Shown here one piece after another: positions 9,622-20,869 of a DNA stretch of 23,200 bases. Each line of letters opens with the position of its first letter. Position 1 is the stretch's first letter. Source of the DNA: Octopus sinensis (Eukaryota); contig NW_021836997.1 in NCBI RefSeq assembly GCF_006345805.1, forward strand, positions 1 through 23,200. The letters are read 5' to 3'. The notes below the pieces were generated by a model that was not told the DNA's origin, made no database searches, and saw only the letters and a program-made list of their open reading frames with translations. Position numbers and translations under genes: made by a program.

Positions 9622-10045
9622 AGACTCGGGCGTAGCTTTGGGGTGAAGAAGCTCACTTTGAAACCATGTGGTTTGGAGATTCGGTCTAACTGCGCGGATC
9701 CTTCTGCTATATACAGCCCTGGGTCGTCCAACACTTTGTGAGAGAATTTGATAGACGAATGCCGTAAGGAACCCCGTCGTATACATGTGTGAATGTATGT
9801 TTATGGATGTATTTATGTGTGTATGAATGTAGGTATACGCGTGTGCGTGTGTGTCTTTGTGTTTACACTCGCCCTACGCTTGACAACCGATGTTTTTTTA
9901 TGTCCCCGTAATTTTGCGATTCCACCAAAGATACCGATAGAATAAGTATCTTTGGCAAGTATTGGGTCGATATGTTCAACCAAACACTTTGAGGCAATGC
10001 TCCAGCATGACACGGTCAGATAACAGAAACAATTTAAAGAAGATC
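9622..10045 (+). mobile_element. Old, diverged SINE family A copy
   Basis: Colinear similarity to family A: gaagaagctc..aaccatgtggtt, ttgacaaccgatg, ccgatagaataagta, gctccagcatgacac. Confidence 0.8.
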
Positions 10046-10072
10046 ATAGATAAAAAATGCGAAGTAACAGCA

Positions 10073-10318
10073 TCACATTTTGGGCAACGCATCAAAGTTA
10101 GGTTGCTCATCCGAGTAATTTTCCATGTGTGAGAAATGTTATATTTAAATAACAGTGGTGATAGATATCCGCCCTTGCTCACTCTGACGTATTAAATATC
10201 CCCAGGCCCCTTCAGGACGATAGACAAGCAAGGAAGTTGACGAAGGTTATAACGAGAGAGAGGTCGTTGGGCGCTCTGACTTCATCTAAGGGGACTTAAT
10301 TCTCATAATTTCCCTAAA
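10073..10318. repeat. 242-bp direct repeat, copy 2
   Basis: Homologous to 7954-8195, with an extra gaga. Confidence 0.95.
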
Positions 10319-10439
10319 TTGTTATGCGCTTTCAAATATATTTTCTACTTATTCCAAAATATATTTATCAGATTTTTAACCTGTCCGCTATATAACGCCT
10401 TCAGCCCTTCCCATTTTTATATAAATGTTTGTCCAGCAC

Positions 10440-10600
10440 CATACCAATTGTAATGCAAGCTCGTGACACCATTTAAGTTATTGAATGCTGGGATACTCTT
10501 TGTCTTAGGCTTCCAGTCCCCTTAGCTCTCTGGCGAGATCCTGTTATTTCTCACTTTTTTCAAATTCTTTGGTATTATTATTTTTTTTTCAGTATTCTTA
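10440..10600 (-). mobile_element. Very decayed R4/Dong-like REL fragment
   Basis: Minus strand reads KEFEKSEK*QDLARELRG, then a frameshift, then WKPKTKSIP, resembling KExEKxEKYQDLARELxxLW..IP of R4-clade elements. Confidence 0.55.
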
Positions 10601-10754
10601 TTCTTAGTGCGAATTTTCACTGCATTACCGAGCCAGTATTTGGCTATTTGTAGTGTTTTATTTATTGAGATGGAAATAAAATTACTCAACGTAATACATG
10701 CGCAGTGCCCTAGTAGCTTTATTTTTTGTAGGTTCGTAAGTAAATATATGTATG

Positions 10755-10812
<58 letters not shown>

Positions 10813-10829
10813 TGCATATATATATACCT

Positions 10830-11118
10830 CTCCTTCGTTCCCGTTCCCTCTCTCCACTATCCCTCCGTCTCCTACATTTCTTTTTTTCTGTTTGACCCCT
10901 TTCAGTTTTTCTCTACCCTTCACTAATTTTGGGTTTCTCTTCCCACTACCATCTGTCCTGTGACCATTCCTATTTCTCCTCCCCTTTTTTTCTCTTGACC
11001 GCTCGCTTGTTCAATCACGTTTCTCATTGGCTCTCGCTTCACCCTCAACACTAGGTTATTTCTTCTTACCCCTCCTCTTTCCTTCTATCTCTTCATCCCT
11101 CCACTTTCCTCTTCCGGT
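10830..11118 (+). repeat. Polypyrimidine (CT-rich) low-complexity tract
   Basis: About 290 bp that is strongly C/T-biased on the plus strand. Confidence 0.85.
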
Positions 11119-11484
11119 CCTATAGGACATCATTTTCCACTGCGTTTCTTATGCTCAGGTCTTGGTCCATCCCTGTATCAGAACCATACCGCCTTATTTT
11201 TCTTAGTATGCTTATATTTATATTAGTACCCACTGCCTGTGCCCTGTTTGCTGTTGTTACTGTCCTCCACGTTCGTTCATTATTCCCAGCAATATTTTTT
11301 GCTGTTGGTGACACCCAAAATGAACAGGGTGTGAAACTGTAATGATCTTTTGGACGATAACCGATGAAGTAATGGCATGCCCACGTTTTGAATGTGAATT
11401 TCCCGTTCGTCCCTTTGTTGTGCTTCTGTTCAATTTTTGAAAATTATACATATGAAAGAAGAAAAAGATAAAATATATATACCT

Positions 11485-11529
<45 letters not shown>

Positions 11530-12930
11530 AATGCTGGCAGTTTGGTTATGCATTTACAATTTTTTAGATCATACCAAGACACCTATTACTAGGGGGATTG
11601 CTTTTTTTTCTTTGCAGTCTCCTTGTTCTGGTTATCTGCACTTCCAGAATTTTATGTTTGCATAGTTTCTAAATTTCGTAAGAATCGATCCATCGAATAA
11701 AAGACATACCTTTTCCAGGTAGTCCCTGGCAACAATGTATTACCGTTTTCTCCGACCCCCCCCTCACTCTTCTTATCTAACTGAGTAAACATTTAAGGAA
11801 ATATGGACACACTGTCGTTTCCTAAGATCTGTTCTGGTGTGTGTGTGTGTGTTTATGCTACTTCTTGTTTGTCGGTTTGTTGTTGAGTTGGTCTAGCTTC
11901 CAGCCTATGAAATCCCCCATCCCTGTCATACCTATTGATGTATTTCTCTTTCGGTTAAGGCTGGGGAACCAGACACAAGATGACTGATTGTTTATTCACA
12001 ACTTCCACATATTCCGCAATTACTTTTTATGATTTGCTTCATTATATGTTTTTGGTAAGTTTTGGTGGGAACGCTTTGATCGTGCGCTGTAATAAAAAAA
12101 CAAAAAACAAAAACATCCTTCGGTTTCAGCTTTCATTCCTGTAGTTCTCAACCAGTACTAACTTTTTATTTTATCCACCTTTGCTTTGTTTAGTCTTGTC
12201 AGGTATCGCAAACGTCTTAGCATGACATTTTGTAATCCCATTTCAATTTAGTTTTTAGCTTTTAGTTTTTAGAGTTTCAATTGTTGTTATTTCTCTTGTC
12301 ACAACTGTCTCCATTCTCTCAACTACTATTTTATATTTGCTGGCTTCTTTCAAGACAGAAAACAGTTGCCTTTGTGTTGTTCTTGTTTTCTAGCTCTATT
12401 TCTATTAGTTTCCTTTTATTCTTAACCAGATATTTCTTTAGTCTCATACTAGATATTTTATAATTGTTTTCTACTTTCAGAACACCCTTGACCTCTGTGT
12501 ATTCGTGATAAATATATTTTCTTTGTGTCAGATTTTGTGTGCTGTGTTTTCAAATCAGTCATTAGTTTTCTTGTTTCTCTGTCTAGACTTGCTAATTCAT
12601 TTCACTTCCAGTTAAGAATATTTTAACTATAACTTATTACAGGAACAGCTACAGTATTAATGCCTGTTTTCTTATTTTTGAGATTTATGTTTTAAGTATT
12701 CTCATTTATCTATGATATTCTTTTATCTATTTCCTTGATCTAATTTATATTTATCTAATTTAACTCTAATATTCTTTTCTGACTTTAGTTTTCATTTATA
12801 TATTGTACTCAGTGTAACTCATTACTTTTTAAATATTAGTAAGTATGATCTTTATACATCTTTCTAAAGCCTAGAATTAACAGCTTCGAAGTATCAGAGG
12901 CTTTGTGTAACAGACTAAAGAGACTAAATA
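11530..12930 (-). mobile_element. Decayed R4/Dong-like LINE: RT C-terminus, CCHC knuckle and REL endonuclease
   Basis: Minus strand with stops and frameshifts: GINTVAVPVISYS*NILNWK*NELASLDRETRKLMT..KSD..IYLSR..GQG; YWLRTTGMKAETEG; ITAHDQSVPTKTYQKHI..CGICGSCE*TISHLVSG; KVCLLFD; LEVQITR..IPLVIGVLGMI. Confidence 0.9.
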
Positions 12931-13094
12931 ATGTAGTTGGTAACTAACACTTTTACGGACGCCAGTTTTAGTGGCGGTGTACCTGGCCACTTAGGTGCAA
13001 ACGTTAGCACAGCCGTTTACTTTACGACAGATACGTGGCTCGAGTCCTGCGGACGTTTCTGAGCATATTTATTGTTTAAAAAACATCTAATTTA

Positions 13095-13493
13095 AGGCAG
13101 AGAGCTGGCAGTGATATTAGCACGCCGGGTGAAATGCTTAGTGGTATTTCGTCTGCCGCTACGTTCTGAGTTTAAATTCCGCCGAGGTCGACTTTGCCTT
13201 TCATCCTTTCGGGATCGATTAAATACGTACCAGTTACGCACTGTGGTCGATATAATCAACTTAATCCGTTTGCCTGTCCTTGTTTGTCCTCTCTGTGTTT
13301 AGCCCCTTGTGGGTAGTAAAGAAATGGGTATTTCGTCAGCCGTTACGTTCTGAGTTCAAATTCCGTCGAGGTCGACTTTGCCTTTAACCCTTTCGGCGTC
13401 GATAAACTAAGTACCAGTTGTGTACTAGGGTCAATCTAATCGGCTGTCCCACTCCTCCAAAATTTCGGGCCTTAGTCCTAGAGTAGAAAAAAA
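13095..13493 (+). mobile_element. SINE family B dimer (full copy plus 5'-truncated copy with a different tail) flanked by one TSD
   Basis: Copy 1 at 13095-13325 ends gtagtaaagaaat; copy 2 at 13326-13493 restarts at ggtatttcgtc and ends ccaaaatttcgggcc..gagtagaaaa. catctaatttaa at 13084-13095 and 13496-13507. Confidence 0.9.
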
Positions 13494-13794
13494 CCCATCT
13501 AATTTAATTAACAATGTATAAGTCTTTTAGGTTTAGTATTCTTTATCCAATTTTACGCGTGTTCTTATTAATAGTTTTTCTGAATACTTCGTTTTGTTTT
13601 CTCCATGGCTCGTGCGCTTTATTTTTCTAATGACATTTTATACTGGTGTACGTTGAAAGAGAACAAAGATGTGTAGTAACATTGTATCATCTCAAAGTTT
13701 CTTTTCCTGATTAAGTTTTCCCTTTCAAATTTGTTTTAGTTTGGTGGTTAACCACAGTAGAACTAACGTACCATTCACCCACCGAATCCAGTTT

Positions 13795-14100
13795 AATCAT
13801 CTGTTCTCTGGCCTGATCTGGGTTTCAATCTCCGTCTATGAATGATCAATTTATCGATCAACTGAGCTTCCCGGTTCATTGGCATGTAAGTGGTTGAGTA
13901 TTCCACAGACGCTGTATGGCGTATTACAAGGATTCGAATTGCAAGTACGATCAACCTGACGGGCTTCCATTCAGTTTCCATCTACCCAATTTTACCGACG
14001 GTCGAATGGAGCAATAGAAAATGGTAGTTGCCATGCGACGGAATCGAAACCGTGACCTCATTAGGGCTAAATAACCTTAACCATTCGCAGGATGCGCCTA
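13795..14100 (-). mobile_element. Old diverged SINE with family-A-like middle and family-D-like tail
   Basis: Minus strand: tRNA-like head ggtttcgattcc; gtagatggaaactgaatggaagcccgt (family A); gtctgtggaatactcaaccacttacatg..gttgatc (family D tail). Confidence 0.65.
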
Positions 14101-14192
14101 CTTTGGCCTTCTGGTTTCGTTAGAAATCATTTTAAAAATCCGTCCAACGCTGACTTAGTTTCCAGCATATTGAGAACTATGGAATAAATACC

Positions 14193-14416
14193 TATTTCTT
14201 TATTACCCACAAGGGGCTAAACATAGAGGGGACAAACATAGGTATTAAGTCGATTACATCGACCCCAGTGTGTAACTGGTACTTAATATATCGACCCCGA
14301 AAGGATGAAAGGCAAAGTCGACCTGGGCGGAATTTCAACTCAGAACGTAACGGCAGACGAAATACCGCTAAGCATTTCGTCCGACGTGCTAACGATTCTG
14401 CCAGCTCGCCGCCTTA
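14193..14416 (-). mobile_element. SINE family B with 14-bp TSD
   Basis: Full-length reverse copy; atggaataaatacc at 14179-14192 and 14417-14430. Confidence 0.96.
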
Positions 14417-14489
14417 ATGGAATAAATACCATTATATACTTGTGTCGATTGAAACGAATTTGCCTCGCATAAATTTGTTAGAAACAATA

Positions 14490-15215
14490 ACTTATTTATG
14501 TATTTTGATGTGTTTGTATATTTTATATCGCAACTGAGGAACACTAACAGCATCGGTTTGCATATTTCCAATGAACCAATCTCTGGTCGACTGCAAATGT
14601 GATGACAGCGGTGACGACGGAGGATCTGTATCACGGTACATACGTGTATAAGTGTGGGAGAGGGTGTAAAAGAGCGTAGTGACAAAAAGGTCTTAATTTC
14701 AAGAAAGGTAAAAACAATGGTTATTAGTACGAAAAAATAAAAACAGGCAAATATAAAGAAACTTGAACAGGTGAAAAACTTCAAGTTCAGGACAAATAAC
14801 AAATTGGGAATTTCACAGCGGAGAAGTTGCTCAAATAATAAAAACGGCTAAAAGAATAACTTATAAGGTTAAAGAAAGATTTCTTCTCTCAAAAGACGTA
14901 ACGTTACAACTAAGACTGAGGCAAGTAAACTTCTATTATGTCACTAATCTTCGACGGAGCAGAAACTTGGACAATGAAGAGAGCAAAACGAAATAGACGT
15001 AAACGTGTGGCAGAGTGGGGAGATTAAGCTAGAAAGACAGGGTAACAAGAGCTGCAGTACTAGGAAAACTGAAAATCCAAAGACACTTATTGTTGAGAAT
15101 CAAGTCCACAATATGGTTTAAGACCATATTGACAAGGTGGAAGAGAACAAAAGACCATGGAAGACGTTTGTGGTCCGAAGACATCAAAGAATGGACAGGA
15201 AACAACAACAAAAAA
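14490..15215 (+). mobile_element. Decayed RTE-clade LINE ORF2 3' part
   Basis: With frameshifts: GL NFKK.KTMVIS, LEQVKNFK, TAKR..LLSKDVTLQLRLR, DGAETWTMKR, S*KDRVT..VL, GRRLWSEDIKEWTG. These match RTE YGxETWT and WxDDIKEWTG motifs. Confidence 0.85.
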
Positions 15216-15439
15216 AAACTTGGCTGGTTGTATGCATGTAGCACATTGCAGAGTGAACCCGAGAGGCTTGAAAAGCACGACTCCTGGAGTCAGGGACCAA
15301 TCCCTAGGTCAACCTGAGCCAATGGTAAAAGAGTTTTACCAAAACTAATGTGCGACGGGATGGAATTCAAGCCGAAGCCACTCTGTTACGAATCGAACTT
15401 CTTAACCGCACAACTAAAAGTTCTTACTAAAGTTTTTCA

Positions 15440-15830
15440 CCAGTCTTATATTAATTAGTCTTTGCACTGTGCAGCCGAACACAGCTCTGTGTGCCATAGT
15501 TAAGGTGCTTTTGTCTGGTGTTGGCGCTTTGCTATTATATTGAAACTGCTCTGCGTAATATGTATTCAGTGTCTGGTTGGGTAATTTTCTCTATGTTATG
15601 CATATTGGTAAGTCCTGGGTGTTTGGTAATGTATTGGTCTGCATCTTTTTATTATTTTTTCATTCTTCTTTTATTATTATCAATCCCAACGCACCTATTA
15701 TTATTATAGGGATTGTTTCTGTTTTTCAATTCTCATATTCTGGTTATCTATATTTCCAGGTCTCTATATATGGATATTTTCTCCATTTCTTTCCGAGATA
15801 TATTGTCGCCCGTTGCAATCGATTCAATAT
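15440..15830 (-). mobile_element. R4/Dong-like REL C-terminus and 3' UTR
   Basis: IATGDNISRKEMEKISIYRDLEI*ITRI*ELK.ETIPIIIIGALGLI...ADQYITKHPGLTNMHNIEKI..YILRRAVSI* (stop 15535-15537). Confidence 0.85.
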
Positions 15831-16229
15831 TATTATTACCCGTATTATCAATATTGTTATATAATTTTTTTTATTTGTTTATGTTTATGTTTTGTTTTGT
15901 TTTGTTTTACATTGTTAGCTGTTAGCGAAAGAAGAAGAAGAAAAGAACAAAAATAAAGCAAGACAAACTACACAATAAATGAACAGCAATACGATTTATC
16001 GATCCAATATTAATCACAACCAAACCATATGTTATATCATCCCGCCACCCACATCCTGTCGCCCGAACACCGCCACCGCCACCGCCACCACCACCACCAC
16101 CACTCGTATATAAATGAGTGGCTGGATGTCTGTGTCGATTGATTTTAGTAAATATTGATTATTGATTTCTGACATTGAATTACTGTAACGGTTTCTATTT
16201 ATCATTTTCATTGCTACACTATTATTGTA

Positions 16230-16706
16230 CGTGGTAGCGTGGTAGTGGTTATGATGTTATTGGTAGCGTAGTAGTGGTAGTAGTGCCATGGTGAGCAAAG
16301 TTGTATAGTGATAAAGATGGGGTATAATGGAGGTAGTGGGGTAATGGTATCACTGTGGTGACGACGGTGGTATAACAGTAGTGGTATGTTTGGGATGAAG
16401 TTAGTAGTATGGCAATAGTGGTAGCGTCACCGTTGGGGGTATTAGTGATAAGGGTTGTGGTATAGTAATGGTGGTGGTGGTGGAGGTGTGATGGCATTGT
16501 AAAGGTATTGCGATAGTGTGATAGGGGTGCTGTTCTAATGAGGGTGGCGTTAACGTGATAGTACAAGCGTGGTGTTGATGCTACAGTGATAGTATTGTGA
16601 TGGTATGAGGTGGTGTTAGTAAGGTGATAGTGGTGTTGTGATGGGGTGGTATTAATGCCGTTTTGGTGGTTGCTTTGTGGTAGTAGGAAAGTAGTGATGG
16701 TACAAT

Positions 16707-16743
<37 letters not shown>

Positions 16744-16744
16744 C

Positions 16745-16785
<41 letters not shown>

Positions 16786-16990
16786 CAGTAGCAGTAGTAG
16801 TAGCAGCAGCAGTGTTCGAGTGGTGGATGTAATCGTGTATGACAAGTGATTATGCTTAGTGGGGAGAGGGTCTAGTAGTTCCAGGGGGATTGAAGCTTCG
16901 CGGTAATAGTGTGGCAGCAGGACTGTGCAGTGTGCAACATGTGGCAGGATGGTAGTATGTTGTTAGTAGTGATGTGGTGTTGGCAATTTC
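16230..16990. repeat. Degenerate (GTA/GTG)n trinucleotide tract with a nearly pure (TAG)n core at ~16708-16812
   Basis: Directly visible; produces the poly-S and poly-L ORFs. Confidence 0.93.
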
Positions 16991-17009
16991 TAGTAGTAAT
17001 ATTATGGGG

Positions 17010-17320
17010 CAGAGGCTCATAGCCTAGTGGTTAGAGGAAAGGACTCGCGGTTGAGGGATCGCGGGTTGGAATCTCAGACCGGTCGATGTGTGTATTTATA
17101 ACCGAAACACCTAAAGTTCCACGCGGCTCCGGTAGAAGGTAATGGCGAACTTCTGCTGACTCTTTCGCCACGACTTTCTCTCACTCTTTCCTCCTACATC
17201 TAGCAGCTCACTTGTGATGGACCGACGTCCCGTCTAGGTGGGGAACCTGTACGCCAATGAAACCGGGAAACTGGCCCTTATGAGCTAGGCATGGCTCGAG
17301 AAGTAACAAACAGCAACAAC
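17010..17320 (+). mobile_element. SINE with family C head/body and an alternative (AAC)n-ending tail
   Basis: tagcctagtggttag..gactcgcggt..gatcgcggg head shared with 19670 and 21278 copies; different tail ggcccttatgagc..aacaaacagcaacaac. Imperfect TSD aatattat(g/a)ggg at 16998-17009 and 17321-17332. Confidence 0.85.
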
Positions 17321-17344
17321 AATATTATAGGGTTAATTAAAGTC

Positions 17345-17537
17345 AGTGGAGAACTGGCGGAACTGTGAGCGCGTCGGACAAAACCCTTAACAACTCTCTG
17401 AGTTCAAATAACGGCGAGGTCAGTCGGTATTTGAACTTTCGTCATATTGGGGTCGATGAAGTTAAGGATCAGTCAAGTACGAGGGCATCGACCAAATTCT
17501 TTAAAATTTCTAGATTTGTGCCAAATTCTGAAACAAT
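17345..17537 (+). mobile_element. Old diverged family-B-like SINE
   Basis: gaactggcggaac..tgagttcaaat..gaggtc..ggggtcgat..caaaatttct..ttgtgccaaatt. Confidence 0.65.
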
Positions 17538-17832
17538 TACATAAGTGTATATGTTGCAACAGAATAACCTTGAGATCATTGTTGTTTAACACCAGTCAAA
17601 CGCAGTCAAGCAAACCCGCGATACAAAGGCGTTCCAACCAAAACCATCCATACTCCTTTTCAGATACATTATTTCTAATATCACCTGAAACGTGACCTTC
17701 ATCTTTTAACACAGCACGGTGTTATCTGGTTGTTGTTTTTTCCTGCGATTTCTACAAGGGCTTGTAACTATGTTCATATGGTTCGTGTGTGTGCATGCAT
17801 GCGCGCATGCGGATGTGAGACAGAGTGTGTGT

Positions 17833-17880
<48 letters not shown>

Positions 17881-18377
17881 AGTGTGTGGACGTCAGGATT
17901 GGATGAGAACGCTATGAAAGGAAGTCAAAATCATAATAAAATAAAGGATAAAGAAAAAATGTAACCAAGAGAGAGAGAAAGAGGGAGAAGGGGGAGAGAG
18001 AGAGAAAGAGATAGAGAGAGAGGGGAAAGAAAGAAATGCTTTAGAATGATACTCCAATAAACAAAAATAGATTCAACTTCGGTTTTCTAATTATGAGAAA
18101 AAGAGAAGTTGGTTTATCAATAGATTGTGGTTCTCATATGAGATGTCTTGTAACAACGTTAGTTATTAGCGAGTCTTTGACACAAAAATACAAGTTTCGA
18201 AGCATAATTCTAAATATTCATAAATCCGTTATAATGCTTCAAGGAACTTCGGAAAATGATTGAAGAATTTCAGAGCAATTCCGGTTATAAAACTTGTAGT
18301 TAGAATAAAATTTCATAGAAGGATCTTCGTTTTTTATATATATATTTTTTTTTAATTGAACGCTATCTTTTAAATAG

Positions 18378-18423
18378 ATTTATTTCTAGAATTCCATAAG
18401 TTAAGTGCCGACATCAAGCAGAA
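18378..18423 (+). CDS. Candidate 46-nt internal exon (unconfirmed)
   Basis: T-rich tract and TAG acceptor at 18375-18377, GTATGT donor at 18424, open frame xLFLEFHKLSADIKQ. No recognised homology; the donor is also the start of a microsatellite. Confidence 0.28.
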
Positions 18424-18437
18424 GTATGTATGTATGC

Positions 18438-18439
<2 letters not shown>

Positions 18440-18522
<83 letters not shown>
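18440..18522. repeat. (TA)n microsatellite
   Basis: Pure dinucleotide tract. Confidence 0.97.
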
Positions 18523-18524
<2 letters not shown>

Positions 18525-18754
18525 CTTTTATTCTTTTATTTGTTTCAGTCATTTGACTGCTGCCATGCTGGAATACCGCCTTTAGTCGAACAAATCGACC
18601 CAAGGATTTATTCTTTGTAATAAATTTTACTTATTCTATGGGTCTCTTTGCCGAACCGCTAAGTTATGGGGACGTAAACACACGAGCATAGGTTGTGAAG
18701 TGATGCAGATAACGACAAACATAGACATACACACATACACACACGCACACATAC

Positions 18755-18786
<32 letters not shown>

Positions 18787-18925
18787 TTCCGTCTACCAAA
18801 TCCACTCACAAGGCTTTGGTCAACCTGAGGCTATAGTAGAAGACACTTGCCCAAGGTGCCACGCAGTGGGACTGAACCATGTGGTTGGTAAGCAAACTAT
18901 TTACCACACAACCACTCCTCCGCCT
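18525..18925 (-). mobile_element. SINE family A between two (TA)n tracts
   Basis: Reverse copy: gtttccgtctaccaaatccactcacaaggctttgg..gacacttgcccaaggtgccacgcagtgggactgaacc. Confidence 0.93.
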
Positions 18926-19122
<197 letters not shown>

Positions 19123-19669
19123 ACGCACGCACGCACAAACACACGTTTGTATTTAGGTATATGCGATTACGTTGGTGAATGGGAGGGTAGACAGATAGGC
19201 GAAGAGGAGGATGGATGAACGATGGAATGATGGATGAAAGGGTGGATGAAAGGGTGGATGGCTCTCTTCTACCAGAACATAAAGAATTAAGTGCAATGAA
19301 AAGATGACATAATTCTTGTGTTTCAAACAGCAACACCCTAAGTAACCGGATGTTTCAATGACCGAGGAACAAGGGGTGGTGAGTGTGGTGGTGTCAATCT
19401 CTGTGTGGTCGAGTCATCACATGTCCCACTTTTTGATGTCACTATATTGTTGAATCAATTCTTGCTGACCCTTAAAATTTAATCAGGATATCGTACAGAT
19501 AATTACAATTTCAGAGCCTAAATGTTTTATTGACTAATCGGGACATGTGTTAATGTTTATAAAATTTTCAGATAAAACAATATTTTCGGTTAAACGTCTG
19601 CTGGGTCAGTCTTGACATTGTCATGTTTCGTTATTTCCGTTTCTGTCATGTAATCACAAGGAATTATAT

Positions 19670-20013
19670 CACGTGATCACGTGACCGACCAGACCAGACC
19701 ATCAGATGTTGCTACACATGGCTGATCACAATGCGCTTCGCATTGTTTTAGCCTTCGAATGACGCCACCCCGCTGGCTAAGCGAGCAGGCCAACAGACGA
19801 AAGAGTGAGAGAAAGAATGGTGAAAGAGTACAGCAGGGATCACCACCATCCCCTGCCGGAGCGTCGTGGAGCTTTTAGGTGCTTTCGCTCAATAAACACA
19901 CACAACGCCCGGTCTGGGAATCGAAACCGCGATCCTACGACCGCGAGTCCGCTGCCCTAACCACTGGGCCATTGCGAGTCCGTTGCCCTAACCACTGGGC
20001 CATTGCGCCTCCA
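19670..20013 (-). mobile_element. SINE family C (tRNA-derived) with 13-15 bp TSD and duplicated head segment
   Basis: Minus strand: tggcccagtggttaggg (A box), ggtttcgattccc (B box). TSD cacaaggaattatat at 19655-19669 and 20014-20028. 31-bp tandem duplication at 19943-20004. Confidence 0.95.
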
Positions 20014-20192
20014 CACAAGGAATTATATAAAACGACTTAACTGTAACAAAGTTACTCCATCCATGACAACCCTGTTTTATGTTCTGGCATAATATATTGA
20101 GTAAAACGTCATACAATGTATCATCCATGCATATTTTTCATGAAAGTAGGATATGATTGAGGGAAAATTATTCGCCATTTCTACGTTATTTC

Positions 20193-20380
20193 AAGGTGGT
20201 GAGCATGTTTGGTTGGTAGAAGAGTTAGGGTGCTTTGGATAAATTACAACACAGTATTTTTCCAGTTTTTAAAGTTCGAAGTTCAAATTCCATTGGGTTC
20301 GCCATTTCACTTCAGCCTTCCGGGGATAAATTAAGATAAAGAACCAGTGAAGAACAGGGGTGAATCTAATTGAATGATCA
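20193..20380 (+). mobile_element. Very diverged family-B-like SINE
   Basis: aaggtggtgagc..gaagttcaaattcc..ttcacttcagccttccggggataaa..aagaaccagt. Confidence 0.55.
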
Positions 20381-20499
20381 TGCTTTTCACTTGTCATAAA
20401 GAAGGGAAAACCTCTAATTAGTCAGTTTGCTACTTAGCAGTGTAAAGGTTTTGTACCATATTTATTCAAAACACAGACACACATATATTCCTGCATATG

Positions 20500-20735
20500 T
20501 ATGTTCGTATACATATGTGCGCGCGTGTGTGTGTGTGTGTGCATGTGTGTGTGTGCGTCTGTGTCTGTGTGTGCGTGCGCGTCTGTGCATGTATGTATGA
20601 TTACGTGTATGAATGTATATGTATTTGCACACATATGTATACATTCGCACACATATACACATATATGTATGCATGTGTGCGTGTGTGTTTGTGTATATGT
20701 GTGAGTGGAGTGTGTGTGTACATATGTGTGCAAAC
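20500..20735. repeat. TG/TA-rich low-complexity tract
   Basis: Interrupted dinucleotide repeats. Confidence 0.9.
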
Positions 20736-20760
20736 ACATATACATTCTGCCTATCGTTAG

Positions 20761-20869
20761 TGGTCTATTAAATGCCATAACAATTTCGACACCAAATGAT
20801 ATTGAACAATTCGTTGATGTTTGTGACAAAAGAAGGAAAGCTGGAGAAAAGTTCAGAGAAGAACGATAA
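20761..20869 (+). CDS. Candidate terminal coding exon (unconfirmed)
   Basis: cattctgcctatcgttAG acceptor ending at 20760, then GLLNAITISTPNDIEQFVDVCDKRRKAGEKFREER* in non-repetitive sequence; phase-compatible with 18378-18423. Confidence 0.25.

Noticed and set aside
7954-10318. LTR retrotransposon or TRIM interpretation of the direct repeats
   Set aside because: No TG..CA ends, primer-binding site, polypurine tract, TSD or gag/pol remnants between the repeats.
11126-11342. Hydrophobic open frame after a long polypyrimidine tract and TAG
   Set aside because: T-rich strand bias readily yields hydrophobic frames and I see no homology. The opposite strand has only faint APE-like words (YRPK, ILG.N, NERG) that are also insufficient to call.
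11395-11415. 12-bp match (gacgaacgggaa, minus strand) to the hammerhead-like element
   Set aside because: No core, stem II or GAAA context; a 12-mer match is plausible by chance in a window this size.
15345-15415. Possible isolated family A SINE head on the minus strand
   Set aside because: Only ~65 bp of weak similarity; too degenerate to list as a feature.
19900-20015. tRNA-like sequences with A and B boxes here and at the other SINE heads
   Set aside because: They continue into SINE bodies and tails, several have TSDs, and none forms a complete cloverleaf with a proper acceptor stem and terminator; not tRNA genes.
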